Source: Adineta vaga (Eukaryota > Animalia > Rotifera). From it: a stretch of DNA of 64,000 nt. Positions 40,884 to 54,595 of the stretch are shown here, piece after piece (position 1 is the stretch's first letter; each line of letters opens with the position of its first letter). The notes below the pieces were generated by a model. The model saw nothing but the letters and a program-made list of their open reading frames with translations. It was not told the origin of the DNA and did no database searches. Made by a program: the position numbers and the translations under genes. The DNA lies in the NCBI GenBank assembly GCA_021613535.1, contig CP075497.1, positions 6,758,001 to 6,822,000 of the forward strand, read 5' to 3'.

Positions 40884-43010
40884 ATGATGGACAATCGGAA
40901 TCGTAGCCGAGATGTTTCATTAGAAGATCAACATCGATCATCACATAAACAAGTGTCATCTCAAAATAAACGTCAACAATTATCCACTGTATTTCACAAA
41001 ACAACTGATGTTGACGATCCGCCATTCAGTCGATTATTTTTACTTATACCAAAAGCAATGTCAGAAGATGAATTAAAAAATGCTTTTCAAATTCATGGAA
41101 CGATACAAGATATTCATATGGTACGAGATCGACGTAGCCAAGAAAGCAAAGGTTTGAATTACATATGTCAATTAATTTGAAAATAATTTTTTTTTCTTCA
41201 AGGCATTGCATATATTAAATATGAAAAAGCTTCTGCAGCTGCTCGAGCTATGGAAGAAATGAATGGAACAGTTATTGCACCTCATACTCGACCTTTAAAA
41301 GTATGTTTACTTTTCTTTCTATCTTCATTGATAAATTTGATATCTTCCTCATAGGCTATTATATCAAGTTCACGTCGTGAAGGTAGTGTACGTGATCCAG
41401 ATGAACATGAAAAAATGCTACGTTTATTTGTTGTTATACCAAAACATATGTCTAAAGATGATTTACGTAAAGTTTTTCAGGTAAATAGCAATGAAATTAT
41501 AGAATGAAAAACTTCTCGTTTGTTTTCATGTAGAAATATGGCTCAATCATTAATATCAAAGTGATTGTTGATAAACTAACGGGTGAAAATAAAGGTTTTG
41601 CATATATATCATTTTCTAAAGCTTCTGAAGCAGCCTATGCATTGGAGGAATGTGATCCAAGTATGTCTAAGAAAACAAGATCGATGCGAATAGTGGTTAT
41701 TTCAAAAACTCTTTAGGTTATAAACCGAAATTCGCGGAACCATTTTCTTCAAAACGTCATCGTGATAATGAAGATTCAGTGCCCTCTTCAGCTTCAATCT
41801 ATGGTGCTATTTCACCTCCTTATCGTCAGAAAATGTCATCGGGTAAACAACATCCATCACCATCATCGAATTCTAATGATCATCGACCATCACCTCCTCC
41901 TCTACTTCCATTACCATCACGTTCATTATCAACTATCGAATCAAGTTTGTCCTCTTATTTCTCAATTGAATTGGGATTATATTCATATTTTCGTTATTTA
42001 GATCAATCTTCCACACTTTCTCCAGTCAGTAACAGTTATCATTTATTAGATATCAATAATGAACGTCGTTTAATTGTTCGATGTGGAATGACAATTACTA
42101 ATTATCATATTTCAAAATTATTTGATCTTGTACCAAGTATGGAAGAATGTTCACCACTCAGTTTAAATACATTCAATGAACGTAAGAGAATTAAATAACT
42201 TTACAATTGTCCAAGAATAAATTTGATTTTTTGACCATTGAGATATGATGAAAAGTCAAAACTATATGAACCTTGTTTTCTTAGATTATTTTATTGTACG
42301 ATACAAATCTTGTCAATTTGCCACATATGCACGTGAAAAACTGCATGCATTTCAATTTCCTGATGGTGAAATTCTATCCGTACAATATTACGATGAAAAG
42401 TAAACAAGAAATATTTCTGAAATATATAAAAATCTTTTGTTCTGTTGTTCTTTAGAATTGTTAGTGATCTGATTAATCAATCTCAAAATGGAAAATATGG
42501 TGATACATCAGGCATTGGTCAATTAATTCATCAAGTATTTGACAAATTTTGTATTTATTCAATATATATATATTAATCTTCTTTTTTTTAAGATGAGTAA
42601 TTTACAAGGAAGTCAAGAAGAATATGTCGATTATTGCAATATTCCATTACCACCTAAACAAAAATATGCTTCATTCGATGCACCAGTAAGTTAAAGATAT
42701 ATTAAAGATATCTTGATTATTTATTTAATTATTTCAGGTAGCTAAAACTTTACAAATTACACCTCAACGTCCCGTATCAGAAGATTATATTCGTGATATA
42801 TTTAATCGTTTTGGAAATTTAATTGATGTTCGTATGATCAATCCTCAATTATGTTTTGTTATGTTCAGTGATGAACGTAGTGCCGATACAGCTATGGAAA
42901 CTATGAATGGACAAGAAATTGCATTAGTTCGTATACGTATTATTGAGAGTGATAAATCTGTTGATTCCACAACAGCTTCTGTTGTACATCGTAAACGACA
43001 AAAAGTATAA
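40884..43010 (+). CDS. RBM45: RBM45-like multi-RRM RNA-binding protein
   Basis: DDPPFSRLFL; ESK|GIAYIKYEKASAAARAMEEMNG; second RRM RLFVVIPK...KGFAYI.FSKASEAAYALEECD; C-terminal RRM FNRFGNLIDV; terminal NLS RKRQKV*. Confidence 0.88.
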
Positions 43011-43276
43011 ATGATTACAAGAAAATTTTGACTCATATATAACTTACATATATTTCGTCAGTCTAGTCTAAATTAGACTTGCTTTTTATTATTTATGCGT
43101 GCACATAGACAGACATATACATATATATATTTCATTTGTTTTGTCTTTTCTTATTTATTATTCCTTTAAAACTTACTTACATATATATATATACACATCA
43201 ATGTTTCGTTTGTGCAGTTGTTTTTTTTTCATCGTTATTGTCGTCTTGTGTATTTAGATCTTTTTCGGTTTTCTAG

Positions 43277-46058
43277 ATGGAAGAAGCTTTCCGTATTAAT
43301 CAGAGAAAAAGTCGAAAAGCAAGAAATGATGTTTCTGTAAGATTCAATTGAATAAATTTAAATAATCTCGTTCTTTTCTTTTCAAGGTTCAAGGTACCAA
43401 TGATTCAAGCATTTTATCAAAAGTATCAATGGTTAAATTAGGATATTTTGTTGATATATTTCTTCGAGAATTTGTTGATAAAGATGTTCGACGTTCACCA
43501 TCGATTAATCGGTTTGTAAAATAAAACAAAAAAAATCAAATTTTATTCATTATTTTGATTTTTAGAGGATATTATATCAGAATGAAAGCATTAGAATATG
43601 CTTTTGATATGTTTTATTCAACTTATGATCAAAGAGAAGTACAGGTAAATCTTTGTGAATTGCAATTTTATTTGATGGAAATAGTATTAATTTTGAGAAA
43701 TTATTGAATCAAACGAGTTATGTCTTTCATGAACAAAAACGAAAACAAATTTAAATTTTTCGATGTAGATTGTCAATTTAGGTGCTGGATTTGATGCGAC
43801 ATGGTTTCGATTAGATGAAGAACGAAAACAACGAACACATTTCATTGATGTAAGTTTTACAGTTATGAAAATGATCAAAAAAAAGTTGATTTGTTAAAGA
43901 TTGATTTTCCTGAAGTAATGAAACGTAAATTAGCATTGATAGAAGTTCGATCTCGATTAAGTGAGCAATTCGAACCAATTCATACTTTTGGTTCATTAGA
44001 TAATTTTGGTAATTGACGAATCAAAAAACAAGAATTTCATGCGAAAAAAAATTTCTTTTTTCTTATTAGCTGTTACCAATGAGAAATATTCTTTAATTGG
44101 TGTTGATATGCGTGATTCATTAACTTTAAATACACTTTTACAAACAGTAAAAGTTGATGAAACAAAACCAACTCTATTGATCAGTGAAGTTGTATTAACT
44201 TATATGGGTCGATCAAGTTGTAATCGTGTTATTCAATGGATACTTGATTTTTTCCAAGAATGTATTCTATGTACTTATGAACAGGTATGTTATTGTCAAG
44301 ATGCTTTTTTCGATGTAGAACTCTCTACGATCATTTAGGTTCTACCAGATGATGGTTTCGGTCAAGTTATGGTTGCACATTTTTCTAAATTAGGTTCACC
44401 ATTGAAATGTATTCATCAATATCCAACAAGTGAATCTCAAGTTCAACGTTATACTCATCTCGTAAGATGAATAAGAATGTAATTTGAACTAAGGAATATC
44501 ATATGTTTCCATTTCAAGGGTTTTGACCTTTCACTTTGTGTGAATATGCATGATTTCTATCGAAATTATTTATCACCAGAGGAACACAATCGTATTGATT
44601 TATTAGAACCATTCGATGAAATTGAAGAATGGCAAACAAAATGTGCACATTATATTCTTCTGTTTGGTTTAAAAACTCCAATGAACGTCTCAAAACAATG
44701 GTTTGATCAAATGACAAGAGATTTCCGCTCGATCATTCATGTCAAAAAAGAAGATTTAACTTCTAATCATCATCAAACTTTCAATGATGATCAATTAAAA
44801 ATAGATCTTCAATTTGAACCTTATCCAACAATGATGACTTATGCTCAACGTTTTGGTCATCAATCCATATTAGTTAATGAGAAATATGTTTGGACAATCG
44901 GAGGTTTTGGAACAGTAGATGGTCGACATCGACGATTGAAAACAATTGAAGTATTGAATATTGATAACGGAGATATTCAAAGATTAGATAATCATTTACT
45001 CGGTATGCATACGAAATTTTTCTATGGGAAATTATTCGATATTGAGAAATTTTTTAGGTGAATGTGTCTTTCATACATGTCATGTATCAGGAAACTTAAT
45101 TTTAGCATTTTTTGGTCGGAAAAGTCCAGGTATACTGAATTCATGTACATCCATTGATATTAATAGTAAGATTTGTTTTTCTTTTATAATAATCTATTGA
45201 ATTCGATTTCTTAGCGCTTGAAATTTCAAATTTTAATGAAGATGAAAACTTTCTTCGTCGTTGGCGTCATTGTTCTTGTTACATTCAACAAACAGATAAA
45301 ATAATTATCTTCGGTGGAAAAATTGATACGTCTAAATCAACAAATGATACACTTTGTTTACAACCAAATGGTGCATTAATTCCTTCTCAAGTATGAATCA
45401 TTTTTATTGAATAACAAAACTCATTTGTTATTTTTAGTTTTCACAAGTAAAACCAATTGCTCGAAATTCTGCACGTTTGAATACTTACAAACATTTTGCT
45501 ATCTTAACTGGTGGTTTATTAGACAATGATGAACCAACTAATGAAATTTGGTTATTGGATACAAGTCAAAATCTAATGACATGGGTATTATTTCAAACAA
45601 CTGGACATATCATTCCAAGGTTAAATTGTATTTGAAACTATTTTCAATTAATTTTTTGTTGTCTAGATATTCACATAGTGCTGACATTATTGATGATACA
45701 CTTTGGTTATTAGGTGGAATCAATGCTCATGAGCATCGACCACCAGGTTTATGTAAGATTAATTTAATAACTGGTGAAGCTATTGAATATATTATACCGG
45801 TAAATAGAATTAATATGAGATTAAAAATAAATTCTGCTTTTAGTCTGCATGTGGTGAACAACCAATTATCCTTTATAATCATGAGACGATAGTTTTGAAT
45901 AAGACAACATTTTTGATACTAGGTGGTGGTGGAAATTGTTTTTCCTTTGGTAAAATTTAATAATTTCTCAATTGATTCAATCGATATTTTGTTTGAATAT
46001 TTTAGGTGCTTTGATCAATCAACCGATGACATTGAAATTTGATCATTTAGTGAACTGA
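43277..46058 (+). CDS. LCMT2: tRNA wybutosine-synthesizing protein 4 (LCM methyltransferase + Kelch repeats)
   Basis: VQGTNDSSILSK, RRSPSINR|GYYIR, NLGAGFD, D|IDFPEVM, PTLLISEVVLTYM, DGFGQVM, LEPFDEIEEW..KCAHY; Kelch blades; GGGGNCFSFG at the C-terminus. Confidence 0.93.
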
Positions 46059-46634
46059 AATGTTTTTCATTTTTGACGATAAATTTATTATATCATTGTG
46101 TGTGTGTTTTTTCAAACCGAGAAAATTAAAAAAACGACAAAGTCTTTGTTTTTTTCCAACTAAAAACATAGGTTAAATGAACTAAAAGTATGTTTCAATA
46201 ACATCATTTCACCTATTTCTATTTGTTAGCCTTAACTTGACGATGACTAAAGGTATCGAAATGTCATTTTACTGGCGAGAGACGCAATCATTTGAATCGT
46301 ATTATATTCTAACGCATTAATGCATTAAGTCTCATTATAAATTTCTTTTCTTCGCATTTGTTAGGCTTATTCTAGAAAAACTTGATCAGCAGGTAATCTT
46401 CTTTTTTTCCTTAGAAGACAAAGTTTAATTAAGGCGTGTCATTCAAAAGTAGAGTGCAGTGCTAAATACAAAGAATTTAAAATAGTATCATAATGCTAAT
46501 AATTTCATTGACGTATGTTTAGAATTCTCTTTTCTTTCAGAAAAAAGAAAAAGAAAAAAAAAAGAACAAGTTTTTATTACATTCTTGTTGTCAACTTATT
46601 AATAAATTTGTGCATTATAATTTAGATTAAAATC

Positions 46635-47810
46635 ATGGTTCTAACAAAACGAACATGTAATTTACCATTAATCTGTCAAATATGTGGTGATAGAGCACGT
46701 GGCATCAATTTTGACGTTATGACATGTATGTCATGTAAAGCATTTTTTCGTCGTCATGCCTTACAACCAGTAATATAAATGATTTGAAATCGGAAGAGAA
46801 AAAAAATATTTGTTTGATTTTCTATTAGAATCATTTACAATGTCAGCTAGAAAATAATTGTGAAATAACACAAATAACACGTAGTGGTTGTTCAGCTTGT
46901 CGTTTGAAAAAATGTTTTTCAACAGGGATGAATTCAAGTCTGATACGTTATATTCCACAAAAACATCATCAAATTCAAAAAAGGAAGACTCTTTCATTAC
47001 CTACGGTTCATTATTTTTAACTGTTAAAATACTTATTTGTAATTTGTTTTGTAGCTAAAACCATTGAATCTTCTTCAGAATGATAGCTCAACTTTGACAA
47101 CTTTTGAATGGAATCTTTTATCAAACATTGTTCATGCGTATGATCAAGGAAACACTATTGAATATTCAACACTTCTCCTTCAACAACAATCAATTTTACC
47201 ACCGAAACTTCGCTCTAAACACAGTACAACGTTACAAATCGTCGGATTTTTTTATTCAGCATTCAAAACATTTATTGAAAGTGTACCATATTTTCGAAAT
47301 TTACCTTCAGAAACACATCGACTACTTATTGAACAAAATTCAAATTTAACAGGAGCTTTTAATGCTGTATTTCTTATTCGTGAAAGTAAAGCATTAGACT
47401 ACCCAGCGTATGTTGTGGGTTCTTCCGAAGTTTATGGTCATGAAAATACCGATATTTTATCCAAATTTGTTACTGAAATGGAACAAAATGTTGTAGTTTT
47501 AAAACTGATGCTTTTACTTATTGGATTTTCGGAAAATTGTTCTGTTGTCGGATTACATAATTTTACGAATACTTCATCAGCAATAGACTTATCGATTTTA
47601 CTTCGTATTCAAAATACAATAGTAACAATGCTTTGGAAATATTTGAATTATCAATATGGTTTTCGTGAAGCTGTCAAATGTTTTAGTTCTTATATTTACT
47701 ACATATTAAATATGCTTCGATGGATGAGACATGGATCAGGTGCACAACATGATGAAATGTTGGAGACACTTATTATCAATGTTGACCAATCATTAAAAAT
47801 AAATGGTTGA
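46635..47810 (+). CDS. Nuclear hormone receptor (NR1J/HR96-like expansion), copy 1
   Basis: [27 protein letters not shown]; second finger [24 protein letters not shown]; LBD beginning [25 protein letters not shown] and ending [11 protein letters not shown]. Confidence 0.9.
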
Positions 47811-49560
47811 ATCATTCCATGATCGTTGAAAAAAATGTTATTTACAAAATCAAGTGAAATCTTTTCGATTTCGTAAAAAAATATTTATTCGTAATTTGTT
47901 AGAATTTTTATAGGATTGATGTTACAGTGAAACATATTTTTTTCAATTTATTTTCGTCCAGCAATACTTATCGATCAGACACTTAATATTCATTATTGTA
48001 AAAAAGACTTTGTTATCTCCAAACAAATCAATAAACATATATGTATATCGTTCTCATAAACATTCGAAGTACTCTATCAGTCAAACAGAAGTTAATAAGT
48101 AGAACATGTCTGAAGACATTTCAAGCCTGAAGTTATATTTTGAAACGATAGTAATCATAGTAAAAGAAAAAAATATGGTGGAGCAATGGCGTTTATATTC
48201 GATATGAATACATCGAATAACATCAGAAATTTTACAACGGCACACAGTTAATATATCCTTGAAGTTTTCTGCTAGAGTTAAAGAATAGCAACTTTCTCTT
48301 TCTATTCATTCAAATTCATGAAAGTTCTTTTAATGAACCTTCATTCATAGTTAAATTCTATATTATCACTTGTCAAACGTTTTCTTGTACCCAGAAAGTG
48401 TTAAAAGCTCATCTTGACATGCACTGACTGTCTACTGGAAGAATTCTTTTTTCAAAAATGTCTTTCTACGAGAAAGTAAAAACTATGGTTATCATAAATT
48501 TGAATAAAAGATATTTTTTGTATAATTTTTCGCAACGTTCAAATATTAACAAGTGTATGGTTTAATAATATTTAAATAAATGAAACAAGTATTCGACACT
48601 TCTTTCATCGCTATTTTTCTTTTCTGTAAAAAGCAGTACTCAATTCTTTCACTCCTTTATTAGTTATGCATCAATCACAGTTTCTTTTAAAATCGTATTC
48701 AAACATGCATTTTCTTATCTCATCCAAATAAATTATAGAGAAATTCTCAAACATTATCTCTCTCTCCATGTTTCACTTGAGAGAATCAATTTGAGCTTCA
48801 TTTTTTTCTTTTAAATTGAACAATTCTTTTTTCCATTAAAAGAAAACGATGCTTGATAAACTCTCAATGTGAGTTATAAATAACAACCTCTCATATAACT
48901 GGTTACTCAGTGCATGTTTTACATAGTTCTGTTTCTTAATTTCTCTGCTCTTTAGTAACGTCATTTATGTTCATTATTTATAATCACGCGACAATTTTTT
49001 CTTCGTCTTCATTCCTCATCAATCGAGCTTTTGTAAAGAACATCTGATCTTGCGAGAAATTATTAGCTCGGCAGTTGCTTATTTGTCTCTCTTTTTCTAA
49101 TCTTTTTTCTTTAGAATATATGATTATATTTCCTTACGATATTCAATACACAATTTTCAAAAAAGTATGATAAACTACTTGAAATTGCCATTGTAAAATT
49201 CATGAATATGATAGTTAGTAAGAATTTCTGAAAAAATTATTACAATTAGAAAGATATATTTATGTTAGAGAAATGACTAAGTCCTGATCTTCAAATAAGT
49301 GTTTTCGTAATAAGTAAAATATCTTCAAAAACAATTATTTCGTTGTCTTTCATAGATGAAATTATTATTTTCTTCTCGATAAAAACAACATGTCTTGGTT
49401 TTGTAAAAGCAAGAAAGATAAAAAAAGATCTAACGTCTTTTTTAACTCCGATATTTCCATCAGTCAACATAGCAGAAAAAAACATTCTTTTGTGATCTGA
49501 TTGAAATTATGAATAAGAAATATTCATTTGGCTTTTTTTTCAGATCTTACCAATATTCCT

Positions 49561-50755
49561 ATGATGATTAAGAGAAACACTTCGGAAAACAAACAAATAT
49601 CTTCATCTCCATTGATTTGTCAGATATGTGGTGATACAGCTCGTGGAATAAATTTTTCAGCAACAACATGTATGTCATGTAAAATGTTCTTCCGACGTCA
49701 TGTTAAATCACAAATGGTAAGAGAAACGATAAAAAAAACAGAAAAAGAAAACTTTTTCATCAATTTAGCCACAATTACAATGTCGTTTTGATAATAAATG
49801 TATTGTAACACCTAAGACAAGAAAATTCTGTTCATTTTGTCGATTAAAATTATGTTTTCAAGTTGGAATGAATCCAAAATTAATTCGTTCTTCTCAACTA
49901 ACAAATCCGAATATTCAATCACTGAAAGTAAATGAAACTAAATGATGTCTTTTTTTTCAAAAAAAAACAAATAATTCTTTTTGTTTTGTTTTTCAGTTAA
50001 CAACAAATAGTCTTCTCGATAATGATCATTCAACTTTAACATTGGATGAATGGAATCTTCTATCGAATATTATTCATGCATATGATGAACATAGTTTTTC
50101 TCCTCAATCGAAGATTTTCTTTCAAAATCAATTTTCTCTCCCATTCAAACTTCGTTGCAAAGATTCTGGTGTTCTTAATCATATTGGATCACTCTTTTCT
50201 ACATCAAATACATTTATTGAATGTTGTCCATTATTTCAATCATTACCTTCGAATATTCGTCATATACTTATAAAACGTAATTTAGCCGCTATTGGAAGTC
50301 ATAATGGGCTATTTGTTTGTAAAGAAATGAACGTATTTGAAAATGAAATCTATTCAAAATTAATTGATCATATTTATGGAAATGATTATTCAAATCAAAT
50401 TATTCAAGCTAGTCAACGTTTAGATCAAAATGGAATTTTAATTAAAATTATGTTAATGATTATGATTTTTTTAAATAATTGTACAATTGTTTTAGATGAT
50501 TTTTCCGAGAATTTTCATCTTCAAATTCATCCCGAGATATTATTATGTCGAGAAAATTCAATTGTTACAATGCTTTGGAAATATTTAATTTATCAATATG
50601 GATTTAGAGAAGCTACTTTACGATATGCTTGTTTAGTTAAATGTATTTTAGATATGATTCAACGAATGGGTGCAGGATTGAATAAACGAAGACATTGGAT
50701 AATGGTCGATAATATAATGGAACAAAAGACACGTTTATTAAGTTTAAAAGATTAA
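49561..50755 (+). CDS. Nuclear hormone receptor (NR1J/HR96-like expansion), copy 2; start approximate
   Basis: CQICGDTARGINFSATTCMSCKMFFRR; CRFDNKC...CSFCRLKLCFQVGM; [16 protein letters not shown]...MLWKYLIYQYG. Confidence 0.9.
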
Positions 50756-52619
50756 GTATTTTTATCAAAGAACCTTGATTATAAAATGAACGATGATCGA
50801 ATTAGAACACGAGTGATTCAATCTCTTTCATGATTATTATGTTAGTGAAATTCTATATTGTTTTGCAAACATCTTAGAATGATCCAAAGCAATCTGATCG
50901 TTGTCCGGAAGTACATTTTCTCTTTCACATCGATAAATCAAAGTCAACATATTGGTTCTATATTAAAGTATGCAGAATTTAATTTATTGTTTGACATACT
51001 CTTCAATATCAAATAATTGTTATATTTATTTTAATTTAATCAAAAGAATTTGACTCGCACACTTGAACTTGAATAAAGAGTAAAAAAATGTCAATATTGG
51101 TTTCAGTTCGATCATTTGTTCTCATGATTGATCGATAACAGTTGATTACACGTTTACATTATAGTAACAGGATGACAGTGAATTTCTAAACACCATCTAT
51201 ACATATAACTAATTGTTTATATTCTTCTTCATATAAAACTATATATGCATCTCTTGACACAAGAAAATCAACGAATTTAAAACTAGACGGAATCAGATTA
51301 TGCATACAATTCATTTACTGTCATTAATGAATAACATTTTTTATTCGTTGGCTTGAAGATCACAAATAAATGCGTAGCAAAACAGTCGCGTTATCTTCAC
51401 GAGTTTCGTTGCGATGTTGATATGATAAATTACTAGCTGTTTTTCATCCAATTCTTGTTTGATTTTTTGGAAGATGTTACTTACTTACTTACTTACTAAC
51501 AGAAATCATTTACGTTATTTTCTATTAGAGAATAGAACATACCCGTGCAATCCCAGTCGATAGATAGTTGTTCGAATAGGAGCTTTTTTCAATACAAACA
51601 ATCCAATTCCATGTTTCCTATAGCGATCAAAATGTGACATGACTTAGAAATCATCAATCAGAGAAATTATATCAAAATAACGATTTCGACCTGACAAAAT
51701 TTTATTTATTTTCTCCAAAACGATATAATATTTCTCTTCTTATCTTTATTTCAACTGGATACAATTGCTATTTGGTACGTATCAATCAAATTCGATTTTC
51801 TTACAATTATGCAAATAGAGGGAAAATATCTTTTATGAGATCTTACGAAATCTTCATGAAAAAACAACACTGCTCCACAAGTACAATCATGCAAACAGCT
51901 ACGATTCATTCTGTAGATATTTTCTGTTTGGTCGTGTGTAACATGATATGTAGTTAAAAGCTACATTAATGGATTGATCATCAATGATATTTTTAGAAAT
52001 TGTTACATTTCTTGAGAATCTGATGAATGCTAACGAAAAAGGTGTTCGAAGTTTAGAATATCCACCTCGTAGTTTTGATGTGCCCGACTATTGTTATTTT
52101 AAAATGCTAATTATGATTATTAAAAGATAGATCTTCTTTCCTATTATGAAATTTGATATTTGTCGAGATAAGTCGCTGATGCGTCAATATATTGTTTACT
52201 TCTGAGTAGAGTAGTCAATGATGTCATAGGTTTTCGAAGGTATATCAGTCATGGTAATCATCAACATGAAAGTATATCATGAGAAAGTTCTATTTTGTTA
52301 TTATACTTTATAGGTGATGTGATTTTTGAGAAATGAATGATTGAATAACAAGATGAACCATATCTCTTTGCGATTGTATGTTTCTTCGTAGAGAAAACTA
52401 TCAACATTCATATTTAAACGCAATCTCTATGATATTAATAGTATATTTCGTCTAGATATGATTAAACACGTACATCCAAGACAGATATTCTTCATCGATA
52501 GAACTAATCTACATTTACAAATAGATACTCGTTCATTATCAGTATAGCTATGTTCAAAGCTAATAAATTGAATTTGCTCACAACGGATACAAGTCGATTG
52601 TGAACGTTATGTCTGAATG

Positions 52620-53570
52620 ATTTGCTGATGAAATATGTGTTACGTTTTCTTTGTGTTCTTCGTGTAATTGAACTAAAACCTTTCTGTTTGATCAATATAT
52701 TTGATAAAAGTAAGTGGATAAGCAATGTTCTTCCTTCTGTTTTCGGTAGAAGCTACAGAAACCTCTATTCTTTCGTCATATACATCTGTCTTTATTTTGT
52801 CGTTTTAGACTTAACATATTTGAATGGCTTTGAACGAACCACATCAAGTTTATTACATAATCTCGATACATTGCGATCTACTCTTCATTCTTCGAATTAT
52901 ACTCTCGAACCAATAGAGGCAACCAAACAGAAGGAATATATAGTTATTTTTCAGAATGAAGTATGGCAATCAAAAGGCTGGTTTGTACATAACTGTTTTG
53001 ATACCGAGAAGAAGAGATTTACAATTTATACAATTCCTTATGCGTTATCTGATGATTGTTCTTCACATCAACATCGTTCTATTGCTGCTCAACAATGTCC
53101 TTGTACCGACTTGAAAAGGAAGATCTTGTCATGAATTCTTTTATTTTAGAATCGCAAACTATTGACACTTTAATCTTATATTTTCTTCGGTATTAGCATG
53201 AACATTGGCATTACAAAATATGAATTCTATTCCATCATGACCTACAATGCAACTACGTTCATTCCATCTTTGTATGAAGACTCAACCATTTGAATATCAG
53301 ATAAATACGATGACACAAATATATACTGTTTGTCCTTATCTTGGTACTTTTGTCTCATGCTACAATATATTGCTTTTATGTTTACGACAAAAACCAAAGA
53401 TTCTACTACCGTCTATATTTCAAAGATTTTGACTACTGGAATATTTGCGAAGTTAATAATTCAGATGATCACTTAATGAGTATGCTGCTTGATGGAGAAG
53501 AACTTCGATCGATTAATTGTTCTGTCAAAGTTTACGAACGAGAACATTTATATATTTGTCTATTTTGAAA
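52620..53570 (+). pseudogene. Degraded remnant of an F-box/LRR-like gene family member
   Basis: Fragmented ORFs including FQNEVWQSKGWFVHNCFD...FTIYTIPY, a motif I recall from bdelloid LRR-like families; no coherent spliced frame could be built. Confidence 0.4.
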
Positions 53571-54595
53571 GAATATATTCTATTTAATGTTGCACATATA
53601 TACGCATCAATAAAATTTAAAAATCGATTTTTATTCATATGAACAAAAATATCTTCTATAAAAGTTAATTGACAATTGATTTCAGTCTCTACTATTTCAT
53701 TAATATCGAGGATCGAATTGTCTAATAGAACTAGGATATTTTGATCCAATTGGATCAGAATTATATATAGTTTCTATTCCATAATATACGCCACCAATAA
53801 TGAATTTCTCGTCGGTGAAGATGAGAAGGAAATAAAATAAGTTTTATGGTAGATTTCTTTTCTGTTAAATTATCTACTGCGATCAACGTATTTAAAACAA
53901 CACAGACTGCTGTGAATGTATACAGCGTAATCGAAGAAATAGCATATCGAGAAATAATTAGTACACGAGAAACGCTATTCTTGGTTTTGTGCAGTCGAAT
54001 TGGAACACGAAGTTATTATAGTTCATTGTGCATCACATAGAAAATATTCGTGATGAGTAGTTGTGTTCATTAGTATTGCAAATTTTCATACTACTTATTT
54101 TTATGCATCCGTATGCTTTTTATCTTCTGTTCGGAAATTTACGATTATCGGCCGTAATTCAATCAGAAGGTGATTGGTTGTTCGGTTAGCTTCGCACTGG
54201 TTAGAATATGACGATAAATTTTAAATCATTTCGTTTGATAAAATATATCCAATCATCATTCAGGATGTGTCTTTTTTTCGACAAGTTATTATTGATTGTT
54301 CATTCTCTCTTCTCTCATACTTTTTCATTTTCATTCATTAGATTTCTGTGGATAAATTTTTAACGAAAGATATTATTCAATTGATTTTATTCTTTCCCTT
54401 TTTTTTTCGTTCAACTCGTTTCCTACATCATACACACGACAAAACAATCAAGGAGATAGATGTGTACAAGGAAAAAAAAGAACTCAATCATTAAACACTG
54501 TTCCTTGGCTATCGAATAGAATAAAACACATAATCCAATAAAAACAAACAACAAAATGGTTTTCTTTTTGTATCTGACACCTTTTAATAATGAGT

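Noticed and set aside
52018-52050. CTGATGA...CGAAA as a minimal hammerhead ribozyme
   Set aside because: The flanks cannot form stem I, and stem III would be at most 2 bp; likely chance.
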